64,000 nucleotides of DNA from Chlorobiota bacterium (GCA_963711465.1 CAVQEG010000001.1:2014332-2078331), one strand, 5' to 3'; numbered from the stretch's first letter, positions 47,283-58,229 are shown. Notes: a model not told the origin generated them from the sequence alone. Program-made: numbers and translations.

Positions 47283-47870
47283 TTACTGGAGAAGGAGGTC
47301 GGACCCGTCGTAGGGGCATGTCACGTCGATAAGCGTCATCGATGTCCGGAGAATGCCCTGTCCGTCGTGATACTGGTAGACGGCGTATCGCCGGCGGCAC
47401 CACGACTGTGGGCTGCACGGTGTGAAATGCGTCTGCGTGCCAGAACCCGTCCGGGTGGTACAGTAGTCGTGAAGGACGGCAAGGGTATCGGGCTTCGATT
47501 TGACCTGTGACGGGACGAGCATCTGATCGTCGACGGCGTCAAGGATGGCTCCATCAGACAATGCCGCGAAGATCTCGCCAGTTGTCAAGGAATCGATCGT
47601 GGAGTCGATTCCGGTGAACGCGATTGAGGTCGTGTTAACCACGAGCTCTGCGCCGTTCGACGTATGCCAAACGCAAGTCGTCGACACCAGGTCGGCGTCG
47701 TCAGCAGTGGGCTCGGTGCCATTGGTCCAGGTTATCGTGTCCGAACCGCTTGAGATCCACGTGGCGGTTGAATCGAAGGGGTGCGCAATGCAGGTGATCT
47801 GCGCCTGTGCGAGCGGAGCTGACAGCAGGGTGGCCACCAGCACACACAGAAGGCGTGCAGGATGTGTCAT
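47283..47870 (-). CDS. Secreted hypothetical protein
   Basis: The signal peptide is MTHPARLLCVLVATLLSAPLAQAQ. Confidence 0.45.
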   Translation of the reverse strand: MTHPARLLCVLVATLLSAPLAQAQITCIAHPFDSTATWISSGSDTITWTNGTEPTADDADLVSTTCVWHTSNGAELVVNTTSIAFTGIDSTIDSLTTGEIFAALSDGAILDAVDDQMLVPSQVKSKPDTLAVLHDYCTTRTGSGTQTHFTPCSPQSWCRRRYAVYQYHDGQGILRTSMTLIDVTCPYDGSDLLLQ

Positions 47871-48196
47871 CGTGGTAGGGAGAATGACTGGTTAGGAATG
47901 CTGTTGTCTCAGCGCGCTGATGGTGTTGCGGCGGCGCATGTTCGGTGAAACGTTTGCCAATCGCGACGGCAGTGAACCTACAGATCGACGGTGTACCGCG
48001 GTATGGTACAAACGTCTATTTCTCGGTGGTCGGGAGGCACTACATTCGGTACCGTGGTGGCGAATCCGCGGGCTCGTTCCGGCAGTTCTAAAGGGCAGGT
48101 GGAAGTTCCGTACCTCGAGCCGCCAACCACAGCGCAGCGGTACGCTGGCAGTCGGCTTGCAGATTGGCATTGCCGACGTTGCCCACGCCAGGAACC

Positions 48197-49474
48197 TTAG
48201 CGAAGACCGCGTGGCGTGAGGTATTTCGCCCTGAATTCTCGTGCATTCGAAACACCTGCTTTCGAGTACACGGTACTGAGTTGCTTCTTGACCGTACTGA
48301 GCGATTTTCCGCGAGAATGGGCAATGTCCTGGTAGGAGTACCCCTCCAGCATGAGTAAGATCACGTCCTGCTCGACCGGTGACAGACCGATTTCCGCCGC
48401 AATTTCCTTGTATGTGCTCCTGAATCCCAACGCCCGTGGTTCGGTCAGCCTCTGCCACGTCACGCGCGAGAGCATCACGTACCGCAGGTGATGGTAGAGT
48501 TGGTCGATCATCCCGATTGTGCGCCCGGGAATCGGCGGGTTCTGCCGATTTGCCCAGAATATCATCGTGCCGACGAAGAAGTCATCACCGAACCTGTAGT
48601 CGACGGCGTATGGAGTGTGGTAGTTGTTCAGCGGGAAGTTGTGGCGCGCCATTGACCGCAACAGCGCAGATTTTGGATCATCTTCCCCATCGGATACGTC
48701 GACTGCCCGACGCCCGCCTGCGTCGGACCCGGGGTCGTGATGGTGCGTCACCATGACCGAGGCGCTGATCCGTTGGGGCTCGAGAACATCGGTCCCGTCT
48801 GCGAGGTTGATCGTCACGCGATCGATTCCCGGAAGGACGCTGACCAACCCGTCCTTGAACCGCTCGAGCCATGATGTGAGTGTGCCGCCGTACTGCGGTG
48901 CGTTGAGAAGCGGCAGAAGCGCCGAAATCTGGATGAATTCCTCGTTCCTCTGACTCAGTCGAGCCACTACGTCGCGCCACTTGGTGCGTCCCGATCCACC
49001 ATCATCAATCAGCTCATTCTCGAGGAGATACATCACGCCGCTTTTCCCAAACCGGACGCCGAACTGCTCTGCAATCCACCGCTGGATCGACGCGATGGTC
49101 GCCGCTTCACGTCGAACGATTGCCTGCCGCAGCTCCCGTAACTGCTGCGGCGTCAACCGGCGGTGCGCATGCGCGCGTGGTCGGTTCGTCTCAAGCAACC
49201 GATCGATTCCGCCGTCTCGGTACCACCGCAGCCATCGCTGCAGCGTTCGTTCGGCGACACCAGTCGCTGCGCGGAGGCGAGCCACCGTGATGTCAGGCGA
49301 TTCCAGAATAGTAAGGAGCACCTCGAGTCGTACGGCGAACCGGGTGCCGTCGTATTGGTGTCGAAGCTGACGGAGGTGGGTCCCGGACTCAATGATGTCG
49401 AGTAGGCGCATTGCAGTCTCCGAAAATCGTGGAATCTGACCCAAGAGCGCGGATTCCCTATTCATCCGCCACAT
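48197..49474 (-). CDS. Transcriptional regulator with a C-terminal LuxR/GerE-type HTH
   Basis: The C-terminal LSPVEQDVILLMLEGYSYQDIAHSRGKSLSTVKKQLSTVYSKAGV is a LuxR-family HTH. An N-terminal HTH-like segment is also present. Confidence 0.55.
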   Translation of the reverse strand: MWRMNRESALLGQIPRFSETAMRLLDIIESGTHLRQLRHQYDGTRFAVRLEVLLTILESPDITVARLRAATGVAERTLQRWLRWYRDGGIDRLLETNRPRAHAHRRLTPQQLRELRQAIVRREAATIASIQRWIAEQFGVRFGKSGVMYLLENELIDDGGSGRTKWRDVVARLSQRNEEFIQISALLPLLNAPQYGGTLTSWLERFKDGLVSVLPGIDRVTINLADGTDVLEPQRISASVMVTHHHDPGSDAGGRRAVDVSDGEDDPKSALLRSMARHNFPLNNYHTPYAVDYRFGDDFFVGTMIFWANRQNPPIPGRTIGMIDQLYHHLRYVMLSRVTWQRLTEPRALGFRSTYKEIAAEIGLSPVEQDVILLMLEGYSYQDIAHSRGKSLSTVKKQLSTVYSKAGVSNAREFRAKYLTPRGLR

Positions 49475-49763
49475 ACTACTGAATATGGACTAGTTCTGCG
49501 GCGCACTTATGCAATTTCTTTCGCCTCGTTCCGGTCCGGGCGACTATTCCAACAGCGGTCCCGCGTCGATCGTGGCGGTTGAAGCGCGACGTTCTTGATC
49601 CCACTCGAATCTGGACGTTCGCACAGCAGGCGTGCATCGGCTGTGTGGCGTCACAAGGGAACCGTCGGTTCGGTCGAGTGATGGCGACCAGCGTCTCGCG
49701 TGGGCGTGTATCGTCGCCAGATACATACGATTCGACGGTCTATAAACATCACCAACTCGAATC

Positions 49764-50595
49764 GTGTCTCAATCACCACTTTGGAAACCGGTCCCGGGCT
49801 TCGACGGCGACATCGTCGCCAGCAACACCGGGGTCATCGCTGACGCCACCACGAATCGGACGCTCCCTGTAGAAATCGTCGATGACGAACTCGTCGCGTG
49901 TACGCCCACGCGGTTCGGCGCGGAGCAGATCCACGTCGCGTTGACAATCCTCCGGACCTACTACCACCCGACGGCGAGCTGTTCGTACGTCTATCGAAAC
50001 GGCAATCCCGCCGACTGTTCGGTGCGCAACCTCAGGATCTGTGGCAGCACGACGGTCGCCTCCCTCACTCAGAATTCGTCTCCGGACAGTGAAGCGGGTG
50101 AGATCTGGCTGCCAGCGGGGGGGGTTCGGAGATCGCTACGATGTCTCCTCCCACGGACGAATCCGGCGGCGCACCGGAGGTAGAGAGTGTCCCGCGATCG
50201 CACCGATGTTCTTGCAGAGCGGGTACCCCTACGTCGTCCTCCGTCGACCCACAGGATCCCAGATCACAGAGGCAGTTCACCGGCTGGTGGCGGAGACGTT
50301 CCTCGATGGTCGGGACCTACGCACGCAGACGTGCGTCAACCACATCGATGGCAACCGACGGAACAACCACGTGGAGAACCTGGAGTGGTTAAGCAACGGC
50401 GAGAACATCCGGCACGGCATCGCGATGCAAGGTCGGCGACCGATCACACGCCCGATTGCCGTGGAGATCCTGCGGCTGAGGGGGCTCGGTCACTCACTGG
50501 AAGACGTACGGCAGATGGTAAGCGTCGGTGCCGCAGCGCTCGTAGAGTTCCTCCGTGGGCGTACGGCACTGGGGCGAGCGATGGGGTTGGGGTGA
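49764..50595 (+). pseudogene. HNH homing-endonuclease-like gene (NUMOD4 plus HNH_3 motifs), apparently frameshifted
   Basis: A NUMOD4-like WKPVPGFDGDIVASNTG lies in frame 0 (49764..). The HNH motif VNHIDGNRRNNHVENLEWLSNGENIRHG lies in a different frame (50041-50595). Confidence 0.5.
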
Positions 50596-50607
50596 CGTTT
50601 GGCGGCG

Positions 50608-50916
50608 TCACTCCCGAGTGCCGCGAAGGCGGTCGATTTCCTCTCGTGGATATAGTACACGGCGACCGATGCGGGTTGGTCGTGCCGCACCAGAACGCGC
50701 CAACTTGTCGAGCGTCGCAACCGAAATGCGGAGCTCCTTCGCCGCCTCGTGACGGGTGAGCATGGAGACTCGGTCGACTGTATCGGTACGCCCAACGGAT
50801 AGCGTGAAAGTGGGGAACCAAGGTGGCTGTTGAAACAATCCGAGTGGAAGGTTGGGTGAGGTACGCAGATCTTCGATGAGCTGCTGAAAGTCGATTCGGG
50901 ACACGTCCGGTTTCAT
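50608..50916 (-). CDS. AlpA/excisionase-family HTH DNA-binding protein
   Basis: MLTRHEAAKELRISVATLDKLARSGAARPTRIGRRVLYPREEIDRL is a classic AlpA/Xis HTH. Start uncertain: ATGs at 51087, 50916 and 50763. Confidence 0.5.
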   Translation of the reverse strand: MKPDVSRIDFQQLIEDLRTSPNLPLGLFQQPPWFPTFTLSVGRTDTVDRVSMLTRHEAAKELRISVATLDKLARSGAARPTRIGRRVLYPREEIDRLRGTRE

Positions 50917-51304
50917 GTGCTGTTTCCGCGAGTGAGAGCAATCGGAATCCGTGCTCGTTGAAAACGGCACAAGAACGCAGATGAACCAACGCGACGCAAG
51001 AGAAAAATTCAAATCACGACAAAACCCGCACTGTACATCGAAGTTACACAACAACGCCGAGTTACACAACAACGAAATGTAACGCATGGCGAACGGGAAG
51101 GTCGTGCCGGTTGAAGTCGACCTGACAGCGTCTCATGCGTCGTGATCGACGCCGAATCCCGCAAGTCGAGGAGCTAACGACACCACCTCGTCCTGTGAAC
51201 GTGCGACCGATCGCAGGATCCACCCACCGGACCAGCGCCACGTTCCTTACCCGAATCCTTACCCGCAAACAAAAATGCCCCGACTTCCCAGGAAATCGGG
51301 GCGT

Positions 51305-51381
51305 TGGCGGACCCGGCAGGACTCGAACCTGCGACATCAGGTTTAGGAAACCTGCGTTCTATCCGGCTGAACTACGGGTCC
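51305..51381 (-). tRNA. tRNA-Arg (anticodon CCT)
   Basis: The reverse complement folds as a canonical cloverleaf. Acceptor stem GGACCCG/CGGGTCC, D-arm GTTC...GAAC, anticodon stem CAGGT/ACCTG with loop TTCCTAA, T-arm GCAGG TTCGAGT CCTGC, discriminator G, and an encoded CCA. Confidence 0.85.
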
Positions 51382-51599
51382 GACGCGCGCCACGGTCGCC
51401 GCTGCGATCGAGGCGGGTCTTCAAGATACGCGATTCGTTGGCCCGGCAGAAGGCGCTGGTCGTCCGTCGATGCGTCGAGGTGTATCTTGCTGCTCTCCGC
51501 ACGGTCGTCCCGGCAGAAGCTCTCGCACCGCCGAGGCCCGTCGCGTCGCCAGCAGCCAGGCATTCCTACGGCTATTGATCCACACGAACTTCTGCTGCC

Positions 51600-52055
51600 A
51601 TGACTCAGATCGATCACATCCGCCGCACCCTCGACTACGATCTGTGGGCTACCAATCGCACGATCGAATCGCTTCGCGCCGTCGAACCTCCGCCCGACAA
51701 CGCGGTTCGATGGTGCGCGCACATCATCGGCGCCGGCTCGCTCTGGCTCAGCCGCGTTCGCGGTGAGCCCTCGCCCCTCCCCGTCTGGCCGGAGCTTCGC
51801 CTCGAGGAGTTCGAGGGCGAATTCAGCCGCATCACCGACGGGTGGCGCGACACCGTCGCAGGACTGCACGATGGCGATCTTGCCAATTCGATCGCCTATG
51901 TCAATTCGCAGGGCAACGCCTACACCAATACGCTGCTGGAGATCATCACCCACCTGACGCATCACGGTGCCTACCATCGAGGGCAGATCGCCTCCGCGCT
52001 TCGGGCTGCAGGCGCCGAACCCGCGATGACCGATTTCATCGTATTCGTGCGGTAA
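51600..52055 (+). CDS. DinB/YfiT-family (DinB_2) metal-dependent protein
   Basis: Contains the HLTHHGAYHRGQI motif. Length 151 aa. Confidence 0.6.
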   Translation: MTQIDHIRRTLDYDLWATNRTIESLRAVEPPPDNAVRWCAHIIGAGSLWLSRVRGEPSPLPVWPELRLEEFEGEFSRITDGWRDTVAGLHDGDLANSIAYVNSQGNAYTNTLLEIITHLTHHGAYHRGQIASALRAAGAEPAMTDFIVFVR

Positions 52056-52331
52056 TCCTCGCCGACCGCTCGAGCGCGTCGGTCGCTGCACCGGCAGCTG
52101 CCGTCCAGAGACATCCCACCAGCCACCCAGGTATCGAATCCGGTCTCCCTGAGTCGTTTGACCGCGCCGTCAGGCCCCGTATGATTGGGCCGTAATCGCA
52201 TCTGAAATCACCGGGCCACGGAGATGCGATCCGTTCAGACGCTCGTCCGTGCGCACGGCGCTGCCGTATCGCCTGGTGGACTGCCTCTTTGTGAATTGGA
52301 TAACGCTCCGTGGTCACACTGGAATACACGC

Positions 52332-53846
52332 ATGCACGGAACATGGCACCCGCGGGCAATGCGGGAAGCACCGCAGCTCGATCATTCCATTCGCCGGGTA
52401 CCCCCGAAACCACGCCACGCACTGCTGATCAATCCGTTCTACCCCAAGGACCCATACGCCAGTTTCGGCAAGCACGTGCTCACGCCGTCGCTGGCGCTCA
52501 CCTGCGTCGCGGCAACGACGCCCGAGAATTGGACCGTTCAGTACTGGGATGAAAACCTGCTGCAGGGACATCCGCCGTACGAACCGTTCCCGAACGTCGT
52601 GGGTATTTCCGTGCACCTCACGTTCGCCCGGCGTGCGTTCGAACTCGCGCGGTGGTATCGCGAACGTGGGGCCATGATTGTGATGGGTGGACTGCACGTG
52701 ATGTCATGCCCGGAAGAGTGCCGCCCGCACGCCGACGTCCTCGCTCTGGGAGAAGGCGTCCAGCTCTGGGGAACAATTCTCGAGGATTTCGAAGCTGGTC
52801 GATTGCAGCCGGAATATTCCGGAAGCTACCGCACGCCCCCCTATCGCGACGATCCCCCGCCGCGACGCGATCTGCTGCCGCGCGGCAGCTTCCTTACCAC
52901 CGCCAGTATGATCAGTACCCGCGGATGCCACAGCAGATGCGACTTCTGCTATCTGTCGACCGAACGACTCCACATGCCGTATCAATTGCGCGAACCCGGA
53001 CAGATCGTGCAGGAATTCCTCGAGGAGGATCAGCCCTACGGCGTGTTCATCGACAATAACCTCGGTTCGCGGCCGGACTACCTCTATAGTCTGTGCGCGG
53101 CACTGCGTCTGGCCGAACGCATCTGGAGCGCCGCGGTCTCGATCGACGTCACCGACGATCCAGCGCTCATCCGCCAGATGGCGCTCGCCGGCTGTACCGG
53201 CGTGTTCGTCGGATTCGAATCGCTCCTCGCGGACAACATCACCGACTCAAAGAAGCGATCCCCATTGCCCGATGAATACGCCCGCCGCGTCGCCATTCTC
53301 CACGACAATGGTATCCAGGTCAACGGAAGCTTCGTCGTGGGATTCGATCACGATCGTCCCGACGTGTTCGAGCGAACCGTCGACTGGATCGAATCCAACC
53401 GTCTCGAATGCGCGACGTTCCACATTCTGACGCCCTATCCCGGTACACCGCTGTTCGAACGGATGCAGAGCGAAGGTCGGCTGTTGCACACGAACTGGTC
53501 GCTCTACGACACGGCCAACGTCGTCTTCCAGCCAGCCCACATGACACCCGAGCAACTCCGGAACGGATATATCTGGATGTACCGGCGACTGTTTTCACAC
53601 CGATCGATCTGGGCACGGCGCCCGGCCGATCGCGCCGCGGTGCTCCCATACCTCGCCATGTCCTATCTCTACAAGCGGTCCAACCCCATCTGGTACTACC
53701 TGATTCGACACCGACTGACCGGCCTCGCGTGGCGACCGCTCATCGAGTGGTCGCGCCTGCGCCATCTTTCGTTCCGGAAACGACTCGAGAAGCGGGAGAC
53801 TTCGACATCGAAGCGCAGTGCAGCCGTGATTTCTGCGGGCGTGTGA
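52332..53846 (+). CDS. B12-binding-domain radical SAM protein
   Basis: An N-terminal B12-binding-like domain is followed by TRGCHSRCDFCYL, a CxxxCxxC radical-SAM cluster motif. The start was placed at the ATG at 52332 (MHGTWHP...). The ORF track begins at 52224. Confidence 0.65.
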   Translation: MHGTWHPRAMREAPQLDHSIRRVPPKPRHALLINPFYPKDPYASFGKHVLTPSLALTCVAATTPENWTVQYWDENLLQGHPPYEPFPNVVGISVHLTFARRAFELARWYRERGAMIVMGGLHVMSCPEECRPHADVLALGEGVQLWGTILEDFEAGRLQPEYSGSYRTPPYRDDPPPRRDLLPRGSFLTTASMISTRGCHSRCDFCYLSTERLHMPYQLREPGQIVQEFLEEDQPYGVFIDNNLGSRPDYLYSLCAALRLAERIWSAAVSIDVTDDPALIRQMALAGCTGVFVGFESLLADNITDSKKRSPLPDEYARRVAILHDNGIQVNGSFVVGFDHDRPDVFERTVDWIESNRLECATFHILTPYPGTPLFERMQSEGRLLHTNWSLYDTANVVFQPAHMTPEQLRNGYIWMYRRLFSHRSIWARRPADRAAVLPYLAMSYLYKRSNPIWYYLIRHRLTGLAWRPLIEWSRLRHLSFRKRLEKRETSTSKRSAAVISAGV

Positions 53847-54213
53847 TAGTGCGCCGAACAATTTTCGGAGCGATGCAGAATGCCAATCATCGAGCTCTCA
53901 ACGGTACTTCGTGCGCCGAGAGATCGCGCCCGAAGGAACGTTGCTACACGACCGATTCGAGTTCACTTCGCCCCTCGGACTTCTCGGATGAATCGTGTCG
54001 AACCATTGAGATCATTTCCTATATTCCCCGCCTTCGCAGCGAACACCGTTCCCGCTGCGGTCGATCGTTCCCCAGTTTTTCCAGTCAGTCCGACCGACCA
54101 AGCCACAGCACCATCGCGGCGCCGGGCCGTCCCACACGGAATCCGAAGGCGCCTCCCTCAGTGCCACCGCTTGCACCCTGTTGATCGTTTGAAATCCGCC
54201 TTGGCAGTGATCT

Positions 54214-54867
54214 ATGGATGAATTCCTGCGATCGCTCGACCTGCGTGCCGACGCAGTGATTCTGCTCGAGGGAACGCGCGCGTTGCCCGACGAGCACCGC
54301 GAACACCTTGCATCCTTCGCCAGCACCCTCGCTCGCGCGCTCCCGGACGCCACGTTCCGCACCGGCAACGCAACGGGTTCGGACGAAGCATTCGCCGAGG
54401 GCGTCGCGGCAGTCGATGCGGGCCGATTACAATACGTGCTTCCGACGAGCAGCATGGGCCGCAGCCGCCGCAATCCGGTGAGCTATCACGTGTCGATGCA
54501 GGACGTACCGGAGTCCGCTGAACCGGAGATACTCTATCGGACACGAAGTGCCAGCCCCGCGTCCGCCGGACTCGTCGATCTCTACGAACGTGGCGTTCGC
54601 ACCGGCCGCCTCCACGCGAAGGTGCTCTGCCTCCTCCGCGACACACTGAAGGTGCTGGGTTCCGAAACACTCGGCCTGGCCCCCGCCGACATCGGCTTCT
54701 TATACGTCAATCCCGCCGATCCCGACGGAGGCGGCACGGGCCACACGATTCGGGTGTGCGAGGAAGCGGGGGTACGGGTGGTGCGGCAGGAGGGGTGGTG
54801 GGGGGTCGGGAACGTAGTCCTGAGTCGTAATTCAACGCACTTCAAGACCCGTCGAGACAACGCATGA
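54214..54867 (+). CDS. Rossmann-fold protein, tentatively DprA/Smf- or SLOG-like
   Basis: The segment ...FRTGNATGSDEAFAEGVAAVDAGRLQYVLP... suggests a DprA-like fold. Weak assignment. Overlaps the next gene by 4 nt. Confidence 0.35.
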   Translation: MDEFLRSLDLRADAVILLEGTRALPDEHREHLASFASTLARALPDATFRTGNATGSDEAFAEGVAAVDAGRLQYVLPTSSMGRSRRNPVSYHVSMQDVPESAEPEILYRTRSASPASAGLVDLYERGVRTGRLHAKVLCLLRDTLKVLGSETLGLAPADIGFLYVNPADPDGGGTGHTIRVCEEAGVRVVRQEGWWGVGNVVLSRNSTHFKTRRDNA

Positions 54868-56996
54868 ATACATTGCGACTGTCGATTGCCATCGTTGTGG
54901 GTTTTCCAGTGGTATTGGCTTCCGTGATTGCGCAGCCGACGTGGGCGCCCATGGGCGCGCCGTCGGGCGATTTCGTCTACAACGTCGTCGTCGACAGCAT
55001 GGGTGCATACACGGCCATCAGTGAAGGCGGCGTGTATCGCCGGGAACAGAACGACTCCGCGTGGATGCGAATGGGGCCGCCGCCACCCGATGCCGGCTCT
55101 ACGTTGGGCGCCTGTTCGATCATTGCAACGCCATCTGGACAATTGCTGTACCGTCCCGTCCTCACGTCGGGGACGATTGTCTACCGATCGATCGATTCGG
55201 GACGGACGTGGCAACCCACCTCAATCCAGTCGTCTCATAGTTCCCAGTCTCTTCCGGATGCGTTCGCCCTCGATCCGACGACAGGCGCGATCTACTTCTC
55301 TACCGAGGATACGCTGGTCGTGACCCACGATGGGGGCGCGTCCTGGAGCGTGGCGGATCCGGACCGCGGAGGATTGTATCAACTCAAGGTCCGCGGGACG
55401 TATCTCTATGGCGTCAATGACTTCGAGTCATATCCCAACAGAATCGAATACCGATACTACAAGTTTGATCTTTCGGATTCTGCGCTTCCGTGGGTTGAGT
55501 TCGATGGCAGGTACGCAGTCGAGCCGCGTGATTTCGATGTGACGAGCAGTGGAACGGTTCTGGTCGGCGCCGTCGAGGGAATGCTCCATTCGACCAACGA
55601 TGGCTACTCCTGGAATTGGACGCAGCATGATGGTCAGATGGAGGCGGAATTTGAAATGTTTGCCGGACCCGACGGACCGATGGCGATCGCCGACGGAGGA
55701 TCCGTCTTCCGATTCGACGGCGACAGCATACGCTGGGAGGGGGTCGGGCAAATACCCGATCCCGCACGTCGGAGCCATGTTGCTGTCTGGCGGAACCAGA
55801 TCGTCACGACGAAACGCCTTGGACTTGCGATGTCCACGGACAGCGGCGCAACCTGGAATTATTTCGCTGCCGGAACCAGCGCACGTCCGGCGCGTCGGCT
55901 CTACACCGCCGGCGATCGAATGCTCTACCAGGCTGACCAGGCCGTCTATTTGACAATCGACAGTGGCCGCGCCTGGACGCACTTCTGGCTCGATGGCTGG
56001 GCTACCAATGAGCCGGTTGCGATGACGTTGTCACCGCATGGCGACGTGTACACGTTTGTCGGATCCCTTCTGCTCAGGTCGATGGATGACGCGAGGAGCT
56101 GGGACACGATCTCCGGCAGCCATCAATGGCCTGCGTCCACGCTGGCAGTGCGTGGCGACCGCATTATTACCGAAGACCACAATCCGATGACGGGACGCAA
56201 CAAGTCCGGGGTGTCGGTTTCGTTGGACGGCGGTGTGACTTGGGTTCACAGGGACGGGTATATGGACTCGACCGCATACGACGTTGCGATCGACTCCACC
56301 GGCGGGTTCATCTATGCAGACCACGATCGGGTCTACTACTCCTCCGACGATGGCGCGTCGTGGGACCAGGCGAATTTCGGCTCCACGCGGTCCGTGGTGG
56401 TCGACACCAATGGCACCATCTACATTTCCAGCGGACCATGTGTCGGTATCCTCGATCCGCTGACGATGACCATCGACACCGTCGTCCATCCTGCCGTTGA
56501 ATTGGACATCCAATCGTTTGCACCGGCTGGGTCGTCGGGGCTCGTGGCCGTCACGAGCGACCATCACGTCGTTCTGTTTCACAACCACTGGACGCAGGTC
56601 GACCCGCTCGAGGCAGGACTCGATGGTGCAAGCCCGACGGACGTCGTGACCACCTCCACGGGTCGCACTATCCTCGGCACGGCCGACGGCAGACTCTTCC
56701 AGAGTGCCGTGCCGCTGGGCGTCGACAGAACGGACCACGCCGCCACCGATCTCGCGGTGACGGCACGCCAGGTCGGCGACGACATCCTTGTGGAAATTTC
56801 CGAGCCGATCTCCGGCGCCGCCGACGTCACCGTATTCTCCATCGAAGGCCGCCGCGTGTTCCATCGCCATCTCACCGTAGCTGCGGCAACCCGGAACCTC
56901 GAAATCAACCTTGGCGACGTCGCCTCCGGACGCTACTTCGTTCGGCTGGTACATCGCGGTGAGGCGGCCATCGGCTCGCTGGTTGTTGTTCGGTGA
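54864..56996 (+). CDS. BNR/Asp-box repeat beta-propeller protein with a T9SS C-terminal sorting domain
   Basis: The signal peptide is MNTLRLSIAIVVGFPVVLASVIAQ. SxDxGxTW-type boxes occur repeatedly (SIDSGRTW, THDGGASW, STNDGYSW, STDSGATW, TIDSGRAW, SMDDARSW, SLDGGVTW, SSDDGASW). The C-terminal roughly 90 aa are CTD-like (...GRYFVRLVHRGEAAIGSLVVVR). Confidence 0.65.
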   Translation: MNTLRLSIAIVVGFPVVLASVIAQPTWAPMGAPSGDFVYNVVVDSMGAYTAISEGGVYRREQNDSAWMRMGPPPPDAGSTLGACSIIATPSGQLLYRPVLTSGTIVYRSIDSGRTWQPTSIQSSHSSQSLPDAFALDPTTGAIYFSTEDTLVVTHDGGASWSVADPDRGGLYQLKVRGTYLYGVNDFESYPNRIEYRYYKFDLSDSALPWVEFDGRYAVEPRDFDVTSSGTVLVGAVEGMLHSTNDGYSWNWTQHDGQMEAEFEMFAGPDGPMAIADGGSVFRFDGDSIRWEGVGQIPDPARRSHVAVWRNQIVTTKRLGLAMSTDSGATWNYFAAGTSARPARRLYTAGDRMLYQADQAVYLTIDSGRAWTHFWLDGWATNEPVAMTLSPHGDVYTFVGSLLLRSMDDARSWDTISGSHQWPASTLAVRGDRIITEDHNPMTGRNKSGVSVSLDGGVTWVHRDGYMDSTAYDVAIDSTGGFIYADHDRVYYSSDDGASWDQANFGSTRSVVVDTNGTIYISSGPCVGILDPLTMTIDTVVHPAVELDIQSFAPAGSSGLVAVTSDHHVVLFHNHWTQVDPLEAGLDGASPTDVVTTSTGRTILGTADGRLFQSAVPLGVDRTDHAATDLAVTARQVGDDILVEISEPISGAADVTVFSIEGRRVFHRHLTVAAATRNLEINLGDVASGRYFVRLVHRGEAAIGSLVVVR

Positions 56997-57323
56997 GGGT
57001 GGTGATGCCCGAGCTCATCCGGATCCGTGACCGAATCACGTAAACGTCCAACGACAAACGCAGCCCCCAAAACCTCCGCGGATTCTCTCCGCGGCCTCAG
57101 CGGATACTCTCCGCGACCTCAGCGCATCAACAATGAACCTCTACATCGGCGTCACGGACAACGACTGGTTCGCGTATCTCAAGGCAATACGCGCCGACGA
57201 GGTGAACTTCTGGCAGCCGGGAGGCAAGCAGACGTTCAAGGCGGTTATGCTTGGTGACCCACTGATGTGTTCGCTTCGGATCGGCCTAATGCGTGCTGTT
57301 TCCACAAACTTGATACAGTGGCT

Positions 57324-57920
57324 ATGATTGAGCTGCATGAGTGGCTGGTTTTCATAAATTCCCTCGTCTGGCAAATCATCGTGGCCGTAACGTTGATCAT
57401 CCTTCGTCATCCTTTGACTCGCATTCTCACGAGCGTAACTCGATTCAAGACCTCAGGGTTTGAAGCAGAGTTCCATCAGCCCATCGATCCGGAGGCCGTT
57501 GCACCCAAGGAAACACAAGTTCCCAAGAATGGTGATTTGCATGACCAATTTGAGTTCCTTGAGCCTACAGAAGTTGAGACAATTGTTAAAAAATCAGGCC
57601 TTGTCGCTCACGATGATACAGTTGAGGGCAAAGAGCTCATCTTTGAGACTCGCAAACAGCGTACGTGGCTAATTGCTACCGGCGACCGTCTTTTCTGCCT
57701 ACTCGACGATAGACGTACGCGACAGTCGGGCAAGGTGATCCAGTGGGTGCTAAAGAAGGGTGAGGCGTCGACCATTACCGCTACGGTTCAGAACGGACGA
57801 GGTCGCGTGAGCATCGGACCGCGCCGACGATGGCTCTATTCGCCAGGGCGTTTCCCGACTCCAGATGCCGTTGTTGATGCAATTCAGAACCTCGTAGGCA
57901 GCCCAGCCAAACATGCCTAA
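57324..57920 (+). CDS. Membrane-anchored hypothetical protein in the low-GC islet
   Basis: MIELHEWLVFINSLVWQIIVAVTLIILRHP is an N-terminal TM segment. GC drops markedly across 57.2-59.6 kb. The ORF-track start is at 57267. Confidence 0.4.
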   Translation: MIELHEWLVFINSLVWQIIVAVTLIILRHPLTRILTSVTRFKTSGFEAEFHQPIDPEAVAPKETQVPKNGDLHDQFEFLEPTEVETIVKKSGLVAHDDTVEGKELIFETRKQRTWLIATGDRLFCLLDDRRTRQSGKVIQWVLKKGEASTITATVQNGRGRVSIGPRRRWLYSPGRFPTPDAVVDAIQNLVGSPAKHA

Positions 57921-58191
57921 CAGCGCTTCTCATGCGCAATATAGTCCAGTACTAGGAGTCAATCGGAGGTACAAGTCATGGCTGTCAAGCACATACCAAC
58001 GAACGAAGTCCACAAAGGCAATAAGGGCGGAAGAACCGGGTGTGGTGTCGATACCAGAGAGCATCCTGAGCATTGGGTTGAATCACATGACAAGATCACG
58101 TGCAAGAAGAACGGATGCAGGAATTAAGTGGCGCATTCAAGCTCGAAGTGCACCACCGGCTGAGGGCGCCTCGTTCGCTGGTCGGCGGTGA

Positions 58192-58225
58192 AATGTGGAA
58201 AATCGGGGAACCGATTTCCCACATT
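58192..58225. repeat. Imperfect 15-bp-arm inverted repeat (hairpin) at the 3' end of the IS30 remnant
   Basis: aatgtggaaaatcgg-ggaa-ccgatttcccacatt, with one mismatch in the arms. No T-run follows on either strand. Confidence 0.4.
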
Positions 58226-58229
58226 CCAA

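Noticed and set aside
58192-58225. Hairpin considered as a rho-independent terminator.
   Set aside because: No U-tract follows on either strand. It is more likely an IS30 terminal or transposase-binding structure, or coincidental.
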